A DNA stretch of 64,000 bases from a virus (IMGVR_UViG_2700989005_000001:32001-96000); one strand, 5' to 3'; positions 1-7,997 are shown, counted from the stretch's first letter. Numbers and translations: made by a program. The notes: generated by a model not told the origin, from the sequence alone.

Positions 1-31
1 GCTGCGAAATTCACGTCAAGAGAGCTTAATC

Positions 32-391
32 ATGAAAGAACTACTTAAAACAATGAAAGAAACTGAAGAAGCCATCGCAGCGAAGTTTGGTCTAGACCAT
101 CTATGGCACGGACTAGTAGACTGCACCGATGTGCTATTCACATGCGATCTAGTAACTGACGACGTGAAAGACATGCATACCGTCATTAATCAAATACGTG
201 AGTTCCAATACGGCTTTGAAGACGCTAATGCATTAGAAGAAGGCGATTGCTATGCAGTAGAAGTTTACGGCACAAGCGTGTGGCTATCAACTGATAACAA
301 ATACATGTTGACTACTGCCGATGACGGTAGTGGCAATAGAGACTTCTATATCTTCGATATGAATAATCTCAGATCATATGAATTATATTAA
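32..391 (+). CDS. hypothetical protein (acidic)
   Basis: ORF with GAGAG RBS, ends at promoter/terminator stem-loop. Confidence 0.8.
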   Translation: MKELLKTMKETEEAIAAKFGLDHLWHGLVDCTDVLFTCDLVTDDVKDMHTVINQIREFQYGFEDANALEEGDCYAVEVYGTSVWLSTDNKYMLTTADDGSGNRDFYIFDMNNLRSYELY

Positions 392-394
392 AGA

Positions 395-430
395 AAAGGG
401 TTGACAGTTGTCAGCCCTTTCGCGTATCAT
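395..430 (+). promoter_or_regulatory. early promoter overlapping stem-loop (PeSL-like)
   Basis: TTGACA 401-406, TATCAT 425-430; -35 lies in 5' arm of AAAGGGTTGACA-GT-TGTCAGCCCTTT. Confidence 0.75.
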
Positions 431-460
431 ACACATATCAAATCAAGAAAGGAAAACATT

Positions 461-634
461 ATGATTGGACTATCTATTATCATCGCAGTATTCAGCGTCG
501 TGCTAATGATAGACTCACACGAGCAAATCATGTCTAAAGAATACAGAAACTTTGTCTTGATATTCAATGCCATTTGCTGTATAGTCAATCTAGCTAACAT
601 GATTGTGATTCACAAATACGGAGTAACACTATGA
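461..634 (+). CDS. small membrane protein
   Basis: ATG 461 after AGGAAAACATT; two hydrophobic segments. Confidence 0.7.
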   Translation: MIGLSIIIAVFSVVLMIDSHEQIMSKEYRNFVLIFNAICCIVNLANMIVIHKYGVTL

Positions 635-795
635 GCTTGACAATACTACTAATGACACTTCTATGCTGTGCAATACTCACTGGCATGAGTATCTTCAGCT
701 TCATTAACAAACCTAGATTCGTGAAACTAGTAATCACTGCTGTTCTAGGCTTTGTCTCGTATGTTCTACTACACGTAACGGCAGGCGCAATATGA
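631..795 (+). CDS. small membrane protein (54 aa)
   Basis: Translated by hand (MSLTILLMTLLCC...); ATGA overlaps with both neighbours. Confidence 0.65.
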   Translation: MSLTILLMTLLCCAILTGMSIFSFINKPRFVKLVITAVLGFVSYVLLHVTAGAI

Positions 796-1007
796 ATCAA
801 ACTATCAAAGCAATATGCATAGACAATACTTCAACTCGTATCGATAAACCAGAACCACCAAGCGGCATTACTCTAGGCAAAGAATATGTCGTTCACATGT
901 ATAACGTAAACGAACATACAAATAAACCACCTATGATTCGTATTACTAATGACAACAACCAACGAGCAAGCTATGTCGCTGCACGCTTTAATCTATCAAT
1001 AGGATAA
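792..1007 (+). CDS. hypothetical protein
   Basis: ATGA overlap; AICIDN...ITLGKEY...ND...RF pattern typical of small phage SH3-like proteins. Confidence 0.7.
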   Translation: MNQTIKAICIDNTSTRIDKPEPPSGITLGKEYVVHMYNVNEHTNKPPMIRITNDNNQRASYVAARFNLSIG

Positions 1008-1011
1008 ACTC

Positions 1012-1179
1012 ATGTTCGCACTATCAATCTTAATTCTGATTCTCACTACATATCTGTTTGTAACCGATAAATCAAAACGAACAGTTCCATTCGTGGCTCT
1101 GCTAATAACAACTGCGTTTAACTGTATCATTCAGTATTACCTAATTGATATTCTATCATTGAGCTTTAAACTATCGTAA
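1012..1179 (+). CDS. small membrane protein (55 aa)
   Basis: Translated by hand; AGGA RBS; hydrophobic. Confidence 0.6.
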   Translation: MFALSILILILTTYLFVTDKSKRTVPFVALLITTAFNCIIQYYLIDILSLSFKLS

Positions 1180-1295
1180 TGCAAACACTAATCAATCTAC
1201 TAAACGATATACCTATCGGCTACCTCATGCTTGTTCTATGTGCTCTAGCAGCTATAGCCGGTTGGTGCCTGAGCGATATATCAAACGATGACTAA
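1179..1295 (+). CDS. small membrane peptide (38 aa)
   Basis: TAATG overlap; one hydrophobic helix. Confidence 0.5.
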   Translation: MQTLINLLNDIPIGYLMLVLCALAAIAGWCLSDISNDD

Positions 1296-1386
1296 AAACG
1301 CTTAGAATCGCTCTCACAGCGTCTCAGAGCATGGTACAGATACGATTGTTTTTAATATATCGCACCATGCCTCGTTTAAATGCACA

Positions 1387-1495
1387 TGTGTATAAATCTG
1401 TGGATAATATGTGTATGAGATTGTGCATAAGTGTCTGAAATCTGTGTATAAAAACATGATTTAGCTGTGCATAAGTCTGTGGATAATGTGGATAA
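1387..1495 (-). repeat. array of DnaA boxes (candidate origin or DnaA-titration locus)
   Basis: TGTGNATAA (rc TTATNCACA) at 1387, 1399, 1422, 1443, 1466, 1478, 1487, plus one-mismatch TGTGTATGA at 1410; all same orientation, intergenic. Confidence 0.85.
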
Positions 1496-1602
1496 CTTTT
1501 TAGTGAAAAAATGGTGAAAGACTCATCGGCTCCTGTGTGGTACGCGGCAGTCTAAAACCTTACACCATTTATGAAAATCTAATTCGCTTCGCATCTTCTT
1601 GC

Positions 1603-1632
1603 TTGACAGCCAGCGGCATTATGTGAGAGAAT
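1603..1632 (+). promoter_or_regulatory. possible sigma70 promoter
   Basis: TTGACA 1603-1608, TG-n-GAGAAT ending 1632. Confidence 0.4.
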
Positions 1633-1665
1633 GCAAAGAGATTTGAACTGCCTACGGAGGTAATT

Positions 1666-1812
1666 GTGATTACATTGGCGTTATTTTATATGAGTCGCGA
1701 CATGCAATACAGCGAGCGACCAAGTGACTTGTACCTTGGTACATGTATTTTAGACTTTGCATTAATCGCCACGATGTTCTGTGGTGTAATGATGTTCACT
1801 GGTAATTGGTAA
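1666..1812 (+). CDS. small membrane protein (48 aa)
   Basis: GGAGGT RBS, GTG start, TAATG overlap with next gene. Confidence 0.55.
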   Translation: MITLALFYMSRDMQYSERPSDLYLGTCILDFALIATMFCGVMMFTGNW

Positions 1813-2135
1813 TGTTGTTTAAGAATTACAGAGTGAATCGCCATGTTCGTGCTCGTGCTATAGAGTTATTGAATTGTGGTGAGTTGCATCGCGTGTATAC
1901 TTGTTTAGAGTTACATCGTGGTGTGAGTGACGAGATGGTTAGTTTGATTAAGCTTAAACTAAAGCATTTGCAGCGTATGTACGTACGGCAGAGTGATTTG
2001 CCGAATGATTTAGAAGATTGTTATTCTTTTATCTGTGCGTATCACCCGCCTTGTGAACATCGTAAGTTGCGTGAATATGAGCGTAAGTCGTGGTTGAAAT
2101 ACATCATAGAGAACATTAATAAGGTAAAGATATGA
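1812..2135 (+). CDS. hypothetical protein, RKxWLK paralog family
   Basis: YTC motif and C-terminal RKSWLKYI shared with ORFs at 4444-6664. Confidence 0.75.
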   Translation: MLFKNYRVNRHVRARAIELLNCGELHRVYTCLELHRGVSDEMVSLIKLKLKHLQRMYVRQSDLPNDLEDCYSFICAYHPPCEHRKLREYERKSWLKYIIENINKVKI

Positions 2136-2440
2136 AGAAGTACCGATTGGGTAATTTGTTGCGTGGTGGTTGGTCTGGTGAGTTTGCCAGTTTAGAAGAG
2201 GCGTGGGTTCAGTTAGGTTCGCGTTTTCTACTATCATTTCCGTGTGAGAAATGGGAGAAAGACATTGGTATGTCTATCAATGAAGATGGTGGTCGTACTG
2301 TGTATATGTATGTTCAAGAAGAGAACAAGTATGGTCAATTAGATTGGGCTTGTTGTAAGAACGGTGTGTTCTATATGAACGAACGAGTGCCAGTAACGGC
2401 AGACGATTACAAGCGTTGCAGTGATGTAGAATTTTTCTAA
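2132..2440 (+). CDS. hypothetical protein
   Basis: ATGA overlap with upstream gene. Confidence 0.75.
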   Translation: MKKYRLGNLLRGGWSGEFASLEEAWVQLGSRFLLSFPCEKWEKDIGMSINEDGGRTVYMYVQEENKYGQLDWACCKNGVFYMNERVPVTADDYKRCSDVEFF

Positions 2441-2450
2441 GGGTTATAAG

Positions 2451-3059
2451 ATGAAACGAATTGAAAGACATAAGAAAGTAGTAGACAAGAAAGCGATTAT
2501 GCCGAGCGGTAGTATGGTACGAGTTGAGACGTACTACAACACATGGTCTGGTTATTTGAATTGCCTTGACTCGGGTGATGGTATACGTGGTATAGAGCAA
2601 CCGACTTATATGCTAGTATCTGACAATGGTGCTTTTTACTCAGTTGAAGAAGATAAAGTAAATGGTAACAAGCAGACACAGACAAAATACGATGGTCAGT
2701 TGGTACTTGTACATGCTCGATTGAAGTTGTCAGCGAAAGATTGGGATTGGTACCCTTGTAAGTGGAAGAGTGGTCGTCTTGTATATGCGTATAAAGAAAC
2801 TGATTTTGTCGATGAAGAGCACGAGCTAGTTGTCGGTGAGATACTAGACATTTATGCCGCAAGCGATAGTACATCGTCATATGCACATGACGCGACAGTT
2901 GTTGTATCACGTCCGACACAAATTGCTGTTGAGACGTATGGTAAACTAGTAGTGTTTACGGTTGGTTCTGATACAGATGAACTCGTATCTGATTGTGGTG
3001 ATTATCGTATTGATGGTCGATATGCTGCTAGTCAGTACGATGAAGAGCTTCATTCGTAA
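2451..3059 (+). CDS. hypothetical protein
   Basis: 202-aa ORF in co-oriented run, ends at stem-loop. Confidence 0.8.
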   Translation: MKRIERHKKVVDKKAIMPSGSMVRVETYYNTWSGYLNCLDSGDGIRGIEQPTYMLVSDNGAFYSVEEDKVNGNKQTQTKYDGQLVLVHARLKLSAKDWDWYPCKWKSGRLVYAYKETDFVDEEHELVVGEILDIYAASDSTSSYAHDATVVVSRPTQIAVETYGKLVVFTVGSDTDELVSDCGDYRIDGRYAASQYDEELHS

Positions 3060-3068
3060 AAGTTAAAG

Positions 3069-3104
3069 AAAAGGGTTGCGCTATGCAGCCCTTTTTTATA
3101 TTCT
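3069..3104 (+). promoter_or_regulatory. early promoter/terminator stem-loop (PeSL-like)
   Basis: TTGCGC 3076-3081, 17 bp, TATTCT 3099-3104; stem GGGTTGC/GCAGCCC then T-run. Confidence 0.75.
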
Positions 3105-3128
3105 ACAGTTTTTGAATTGGAGGATAAT

Positions 3129-4043
3129 ATGACTAGAATTAAATGGACACCTGAACGTCTTAAAGAAGATGCATTGAAATACAAGACTCGTACTGAATGG
3201 TGTAAAAACTCAAGTGGAGCGTACAATGCTGCTCGAAACCGTGGTTTATTAGATGAGTGTTGTGCTCATATGAAGTCAAGTCAGAGACCAAACGGATTTT
3301 GGAATTTAGAAACACTTCAAGAAGATGCATCCAAGTATAATTCTCGTTCTGAATGGGAGAAACGGTCTAGAAGTGCATATTATGCTGCTCAAAGGCGTGG
3401 TTTATTAGATGAGTGTTGTGCTCATATGAAGCCATCGACTAAAACGTTGATTAATCGTTGTATATACCGAATCTATGCTGGCAACGAGATTTACATTGGT
3501 CTAACTTATGATGTTGATGTTCGTTTCCGTGAACATAAAACAAAAACAAAGAAAATTATCAAGTTGATTGAGCGTCATGGTATTGATAATGTGAAGTTCG
3601 AGCAAATAACTGATTACATGGACCAAGAACTCGCTCAGATTGCTGAGGCAGAACACATAGAGAGTTATAGAAACAATGATTGGGTTATTTTAAACCGTGC
3701 AAAAGCTGGGGCGTTAGGGAAAGCTAGATTGAAATGGAATTTAGAAACACTTCAAGAAGATGCATCCAAGTATAATTCTCGTTCTGAATGGGAGAAACGG
3801 TCTAGAAGTGCATATTACATCGCTCAGAAAAGAGGTCTCCTTGATGAGTGCTGTGCTCATATGACACGATTGAAAAGACCAAACGGATTTTGGAATTTAG
3901 AAACACTTAAAGAAGATGCATCCGTTTACAAGACTCGTAATGAATGGCGAACAAAATCAAGTAATGCTTATAGCGCAGCTAAGCGACTGGGATTAATTGA
4001 TGAGTGCTGCGGTCATATGCCGAAAAGAGCCAAGCGAAAATAA
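3129..4043 (+). CDS. GIY-YIG homing endonuclease (Seg-like) with four repeated flanking modules
   Basis: CIYRIYAGNEIYIGLT...RFREH GIY-YIG core; four W..E.L.EDA..Y..R.EW...S..AY..A...GL.DECC.HM repeats; GGAGG RBS before ATG 3129. Confidence 0.85.
   Translation: MTRIKWTPERLKEDALKYKTRTEWCKNSSGAYNAARNRGLLDECCAHMKSSQRPNGFWNLETLQEDASKYNSRSEWEKRSRSAYYAAQRRGLLDECCAHMKPSTKTLINRCIYRIYAGNEIYIGLTYDVDVRFREHKTKTKKIIKLIERHGIDNVKFEQITDYMDQELAQIAEAEHIESYRNNDWVILNRAKAGALGKARLKWNLETLQEDASKYNSRSEWEKRSRSAYYIAQKRGLLDECCAHMTRLKRPNGFWNLETLKEDASVYKTRNEWRTKSSNAYSAAKRLGLIDECCGHMPKRAKRK
3300..3817 (+). repeat. identical 83-bp direct repeat inside endonuclease gene
   Basis: 3300-3382 equals 3735-3817. Confidence 0.9.
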
Positions 4044-4049
4044 TTTAAT

Positions 4050-4121
4050 AAAAGGGTTGCGCTATGCAGCCCTTTTTAGTATTATAGCTTTATCGAAACG
4101 ACAACGACTAGAGAGAATATT
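4050..4121 (+). promoter_or_regulatory. early promoter/terminator stem-loop with conserved leader
   Basis: TTGCGC 4057-4062, TATTAT 4080-4085, ATCGAAACGA 4092-4101, GAGAG RBS; 4050-4077 identical to 3069-3096. Confidence 0.8.
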
Positions 4122-4439
4122 ATGCAAATCATCAACGAAACTAAGTCATTTACTGTTTCACGTCACCCGCGTGGTGGTATGCGCCATGAGCTTGATAAAA
4201 GCATGTACGCGAAGAACGGTAATGCTTTGTCTTCAGTTCGCATTTATCTAGCTGCTGAGTACGGTATGATTGAAGGTCAAGACTACACAATTGACAGTGG
4301 TATGACTTATACTCTGCTACGTATTGAGCGCATTAACGATATTAATGCCAAGAATAATTTCTTTCAAGTCGGCGAATACTACGATTTAGACATCGATTTT
4401 GCTTCTAACACTGTACGTATGTACCAAGATAAGGGATAA
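4122..4439 (+). CDS. hypothetical protein
   Basis: First ORF after early promoter cassette. Confidence 0.8.
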   Translation: MQIINETKSFTVSRHPRGGMRHELDKSMYAKNGNALSSVRIYLAAEYGMIEGQDYTIDSGMTYTLLRIERINDINAKNNFFQVGEYYDLDIDFASNTVRMYQDKG

Positions 4440-4443
4440 AACT

Positions 4444-4851
4444 ATGAAAATTCTACCAGATTTCCTTGATAACACTGAAATTCGCCGTGTAATTAGCGAA
4501 AAAGCACTGGAATTACGTCAAAATACCGCGATTTTAAGCGATGAAGACGCTTACACGTGTCATATTTTAGATGATCACGTCGAAATCAAGCTTGGCGTTC
4601 TTGCTCAACAAAAAGCTATGCGTATCATTAAAGATAAAGGCGAAGCTTTCTGTGACCATCTACAAGCTAATCCTGAAGCTGTATTTGGTCGTGAATTGAC
4701 TTCAACTGAAGCTGAATATCTCAACGAGATTTTTCAAAACAAGCTTAGTGCATTTGTACATAGCGTATCGCGTGTATTTGAAGATGCCGATGATATTGAT
4801 TTTGTATTTGTGCGTAAAGCATGGTTAAAATTCTTGATTAATTCACTATAA
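4444..4851 (+). CDS. hypothetical protein, RKxWLK paralog family
   Basis: AYTC...SAFVH...VRKAWLKFL. Confidence 0.8.
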   Translation: MKILPDFLDNTEIRRVISEKALELRQNTAILSDEDAYTCHILDDHVEIKLGVLAQQKAMRIIKDKGEAFCDHLQANPEAVFGRELTSTEAEYLNEIFQNKLSAFVHSVSRVFEDADDIDFVFVRKAWLKFLINSL

Positions 4852-4870
4852 AAGCAAAAAAAAGTACAAA

Positions 4871-4938
4871 AAGTGGTTGCGTGATGTAGCCACTTACTGT
4901 ATTATTCTCTTATCGAAACGAGATACAGAGAGAACATT
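4871..4938 (+). promoter_or_regulatory. early promoter stem-loop with conserved leader
   Basis: TTGCGT 4877-4882, TATTAT 4900-4905, ATCGAAACGAGATACAGAGAGAACATT. Confidence 0.8.
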
Positions 4939-5112
4939 ATGACTTACGCAAACGCTACTAAAATCGACGCAATTGAACTTGTTATGTCAATGACAGAAGA
5001 CCAGTTCTACGACCTTATTGCTGAATCAAATGCAAATGATGATTACGCGTTTTCTGCAAAAGTCATGAAAGCTCAATCTGACTTACGTCGCGCTGGTAAA
5101 ATTAACTACTAA
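4939..5112 (+). CDS. hypothetical protein (57 aa)
   Basis: Translated by hand (MTYANATKIDAIEL...); canonical leader. Confidence 0.75.
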   Translation: MTYANATKIDAIELVMSMTEDQFYDLIAESNANDDYAFSAKVMKAQSDLRRAGKINY

Positions 5113-5116
5113 GTGC

Positions 5117-5173
5117 TTGACACTTCCACCAGCAATAGCCGATAATAGCTTTATTGAAACGAGAGAGAACATT
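5117..5173 (+). promoter_or_regulatory. early promoter
   Basis: TTGACA 5117-5122, GATAAT 5141-5146, GAAACGAGAGAGAACATT leader. Confidence 0.65.
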
Positions 5174-5425
5174 ATGAACTTAATCACACGCAGCAAAATC
5201 AATCACGATTCACTTTGGCTTAAAATCTTGACTGCTGATAAGAGCGAAGTAAAGCTATTCATCGGTCGTACTGGTGTTAAAATCAGTCACAAAACGACTG
5301 CTGCTTCAGCTAATGTTATGCGTGAAGTCGCGAACAACGTAAACAAAATGTTCAATGAGCTATACAAGAGCGGTTTGCCTTACGGTCAAATCATCGAGAA
5401 AATTGAAGCAGCTTACAAGGGATAA
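5174..5425 (+). CDS. hypothetical protein
   Basis: ATG after GAGAGAACATT leader. Confidence 0.75.
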   Translation: MNLITRSKINHDSLWLKILTADKSEVKLFIGRTGVKISHKTTAASANVMREVANNVNKMFNELYKSGLPYGQIIEKIEAAYKG

Positions 5426-5428
5426 GAT

Positions 5429-5863
5429 ATGAGAGCAATTGAGAAATCAGAAATCATCAAAGAAATTCGCGCAATGGCTACTGAAATGTCTAATGACAAT
5501 GCTTTGCTTGCAGATTCTTACGAGTATAGCTGTTGTACTGTCGTGAATCGTGTTTCAGATTTGTTTGAAGCTCGATATGACTTGTCGAAAAGAGAAAAAG
5601 CAAGACTTTATGCACCATGTAATGAACATGTAGAAGAAGCAGGTCTTGAGTTTGTTAAAACTGTCATTGCAGACTCTTACGGTGTACTTGGTTTTATTCT
5701 ACCAGAAGATACAATCGATGAACTACAAGACGATTTTGATTGGGGTCTAGCAGGTGCTTTTGTACACGCGATTGCTCGTGCATACGGGCCGTTGAATAAA
5801 GAACATTTCGTAGCAGCACGTAAAGCATGGTTGAAATTCTTGTCACAGTACGAGGGAAAGTAA
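5429..5863 (+). CDS. hypothetical protein, RKxWLK paralog family
   Basis: YSCC...GAFVH...AARKAWLKFL. Confidence 0.8.
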   Translation: MRAIEKSEIIKEIRAMATEMSNDNALLADSYEYSCCTVVNRVSDLFEARYDLSKREKARLYAPCNEHVEEAGLEFVKTVIADSYGVLGFILPEDTIDELQDDFDWGLAGAFVHAIARAYGPLNKEHFVAARKAWLKFLSQYEGK

Positions 5864-5864
5864 A

Positions 5865-6242
5865 ATGAATCTACACGAACTCATTCGCCAAGCCGCGTCT
5901 GATTTACTTGAAGATGACATCACTTCAAACATCAATAGCTATACGTGCAATCGCATTGTTGATCTTATCGACGATAGCAGTGATTACACTTATAGCGAAG
6001 TTAAAGCAGTTATTCGTGAACTCGCTAAGTCGTTCTTATATGCAGTATTGCGCAATCCCGTCGAAACACTTGGCTTTGAGCTAGAAGAGGCATCACGCTC
6101 TGAACTCAAGTGGATCATGGCTGATTCTTTCTTCTCATCTGCGTTCATTCACGTGATTTCTATGCGCGGTAAAGAAATTGATTTTGAATGTTTCGTAGCG
6201 GCTCGTAAAGCATGGCTGAAACATATCGTGGAGAATGTGTAA
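5865..6242 (+). CDS. hypothetical protein, RKxWLK paralog family
   Basis: SYTCN...SAFIH...AARKAWLKHI. Confidence 0.8.
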   Translation: MNLHELIRQAASDLLEDDITSNINSYTCNRIVDLIDDSSDYTYSEVKAVIRELAKSFLYAVLRNPVETLGFELEEASRSELKWIMADSFFSSAFIHVISMRGKEIDFECFVAARKAWLKHIVENV

Positions 6243-6664
6243 TGAAACATCTAAGTGAAATCAAAGTAGCTGCTGCTGAACTGCTAGAAGATGGTGATAT
6301 TTTAACGGATATGTACGGCTATACGTGTAATGAAATTGCGTTTCTTGTACGTTCTACAAAAGATGTAATGGAAAAATATTCGTCTTACGTTGACGTGAAA
6401 AACACGTTATCCGAGATTGCAGCGCCTTTTGTTAAGCGAGTTTATGACAATGCATTACAAGGCAAAATCGACTTGTCTGAAGCAGCACTGTCTAAGCTTA
6501 AAGCCTGTCTAAACGTCGATTATTACCGCGGTACGTTTATTCACGATATTGCTATTCAAGACAATGGCAAAGTAGATTTAGAGCTATTTACTGAATATCG
6601 TCGCCAATGGCTAGAGTTTATCTTGACTCAGCCGAGTGAACATGAAAATCAAAGAAAGGTATAA
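6242..6664 (+). CDS. hypothetical protein, RKxWLK paralog family
   Basis: GYTCN...GTFIH...YRRQWLEFI; TAATG overlap. Confidence 0.8.
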   Translation: MKHLSEIKVAAAELLEDGDILTDMYGYTCNEIAFLVRSTKDVMEKYSSYVDVKNTLSEIAAPFVKRVYDNALQGKIDLSEAALSKLKACLNVDYYRGTFIHDIAIQDNGKVDLELFTEYRRQWLEFILTQPSEHENQRKV

Positions 6665-6666
6665 TC

Positions 6667-7017
6667 ATGACTTTAGCTGAACTAGCAGTAGAACATCCGT
6701 ATTACTGTGCTGATAGTAATTACCATAGTAACGAGTCGGGTGGTGTATTTGAGACAATGACAGAGTTTTTAGACGAGTTCGAAGACGCTGACGTTGATTA
6801 TAATCTAGTATTCCGTTGGGATGTCAAGCCGAACTTGTCTGAAGACTGCGAAACACCGCTTGATACGTACTACGCCGAGATCTTTATGATGCATCAACGT
6901 AAAGGTATTTTCGCGCCGTTCTTCATTCGTTCTATTACTGAAGACGAAGTACCGCGTTTTATCGAGTACTTGAAAGTACATCATCAAACAATGCAACAAC
7001 TATGGAAGCCACTATGA
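6667..7017 (+). CDS. hypothetical protein
   Basis: AAGG RBS; HPYYC...FRWDV...QRKG. Confidence 0.8.
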   Translation: MTLAELAVEHPYYCADSNYHSNESGGVFETMTEFLDEFEDADVDYNLVFRWDVKPNLSEDCETPLDTYYAEIFMMHQRKGIFAPFFIRSITEDEVPRFIEYLKVHHQTMQQLWKPL

Positions 7018-7256
7018 TCATTAATATTCTAGCGTTTTATCTACTTGTCGCACTTGGTGCTTATCTGTATATTGCTGGTGGTGATTATGCCATGTACAAG
7101 CTCAAAGGCAAGTTAGACAACAAGTTCCCGATTACATCAATCGAAACGCATAAGTGCATTGCTTTCTTTAGTTTAATCTGGTTCGCACTTGTGCTATTCT
7201 TTATCAGAGACCGTATGCTTGATATGGTCAACTATTTCACGGGAAATAAAAAATGA
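7014..7256 (+). CDS. membrane protein
   Basis: Two hydrophobic segments; ATGA overlaps. Confidence 0.75.
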   Translation: MIINILAFYLLVALGAYLYIAGGDYAMYKLKGKLDNKFPITSIETHKCIAFFSLIWFALVLFFIRDRMLDMVNYFTGNKK

Positions 7257-7474
7257 AAGATTTAATTGTAGGTATTGCGACTGTTTTCGTAGTCGCGTTT
7301 ATGGCGATTGTTGGGGTTATCTGGTCGATAATTGAATTCCTCGTCGGGCTGGTGGTACTATTAGGTGCTGTCATCATCGGTATTGTTGCGACTGTACTCG
7401 GGGCGTTTCTCGCAGCAATTACATGGCCATTTGTAGAAGCTCATAAAGCTTACAAACGTAAGAAAAATGATTAA
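7253..7474 (+). CDS. membrane protein
   Basis: Long hydrophobic stretch, basic C-terminus. Confidence 0.75.
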   Translation: MKDLIVGIATVFVVAFMAIVGVIWSIIEFLVGLVVLLGAVIIGIVATVLGAFLAAITWPFVEAHKAYKRKKND

Positions 7475-7802
7475 TCTAAGATCATTGCTCGCCAGAGTCA
7501 AACAAGAGCGTGATGGTCCTGTATTCGATGAATGTCGATGTACTGTATGTCATAAAGACTTTGCAGTTGCAGATTGTATTCATGATTACGGGCATCACGA
7601 CGGTTGGGAAATGCCACCTTATACTGAAATTCAATGCCCTGAGTGTGAATGTGGTGGTTGTATTGAAGATTTCTGGTCGAGTGAAAAAGCAATTATTGAA
7701 CATGGTGAATATCTACGCGAACATAAACCATGTCAATTTGAAGAATACAAGACGTACTTCCCAGACGTGTATGGGGTTGATAATGAAACTCAAAAAAGGT
7801 AG
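7467..7802 (+). CDS. putative zinc-ribbon protein
   Basis: CTVC...CPEC. Confidence 0.7.
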   Translation: MINLRSLLARVKQERDGPVFDECRCTVCHKDFAVADCIHDYGHHDGWEMPPYTEIQCPECECGGCIEDFWSSEKAIIEHGEYLREHKPCQFEEYKTYFPDVYGVDNETQKR

Positions 7803-7989
7803 TGTTTTAGAAGAGACTTTGCTCGGCGATGCGTTCAACTATGAAATTGTCTCGCCAGTGACGGTTCGGAAAGACAAGTATTCATTTGTAATGCAAGTTA
7901 TAAGTGTAGCTGGTAAGAAGATCGTTAATGGTTATCGTGCAAACATGACCATTAACAAAACGTCTAGTCGATTTAAAGTCATAAAGTGA
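7783..7989 (+). CDS. hypothetical protein
   Basis: GGGG RBS, MKLKKGS start. Confidence 0.65.
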   Translation: MKLKKGSVLEETLLGDAFNYEIVSPVTVRKDKYSFVMQVISVAGKKIVNGYRANMTINKTSSRFKVIK

Positions 7990-7997
7990 GAAGCAAA

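Noticed and set aside
1387-1495. CRISPR-like interpretation of the repeat cluster
   Set aside because: Units are 9 bp with 0-14 bp gaps, with no spacer-length unique sequences and no cas genes.
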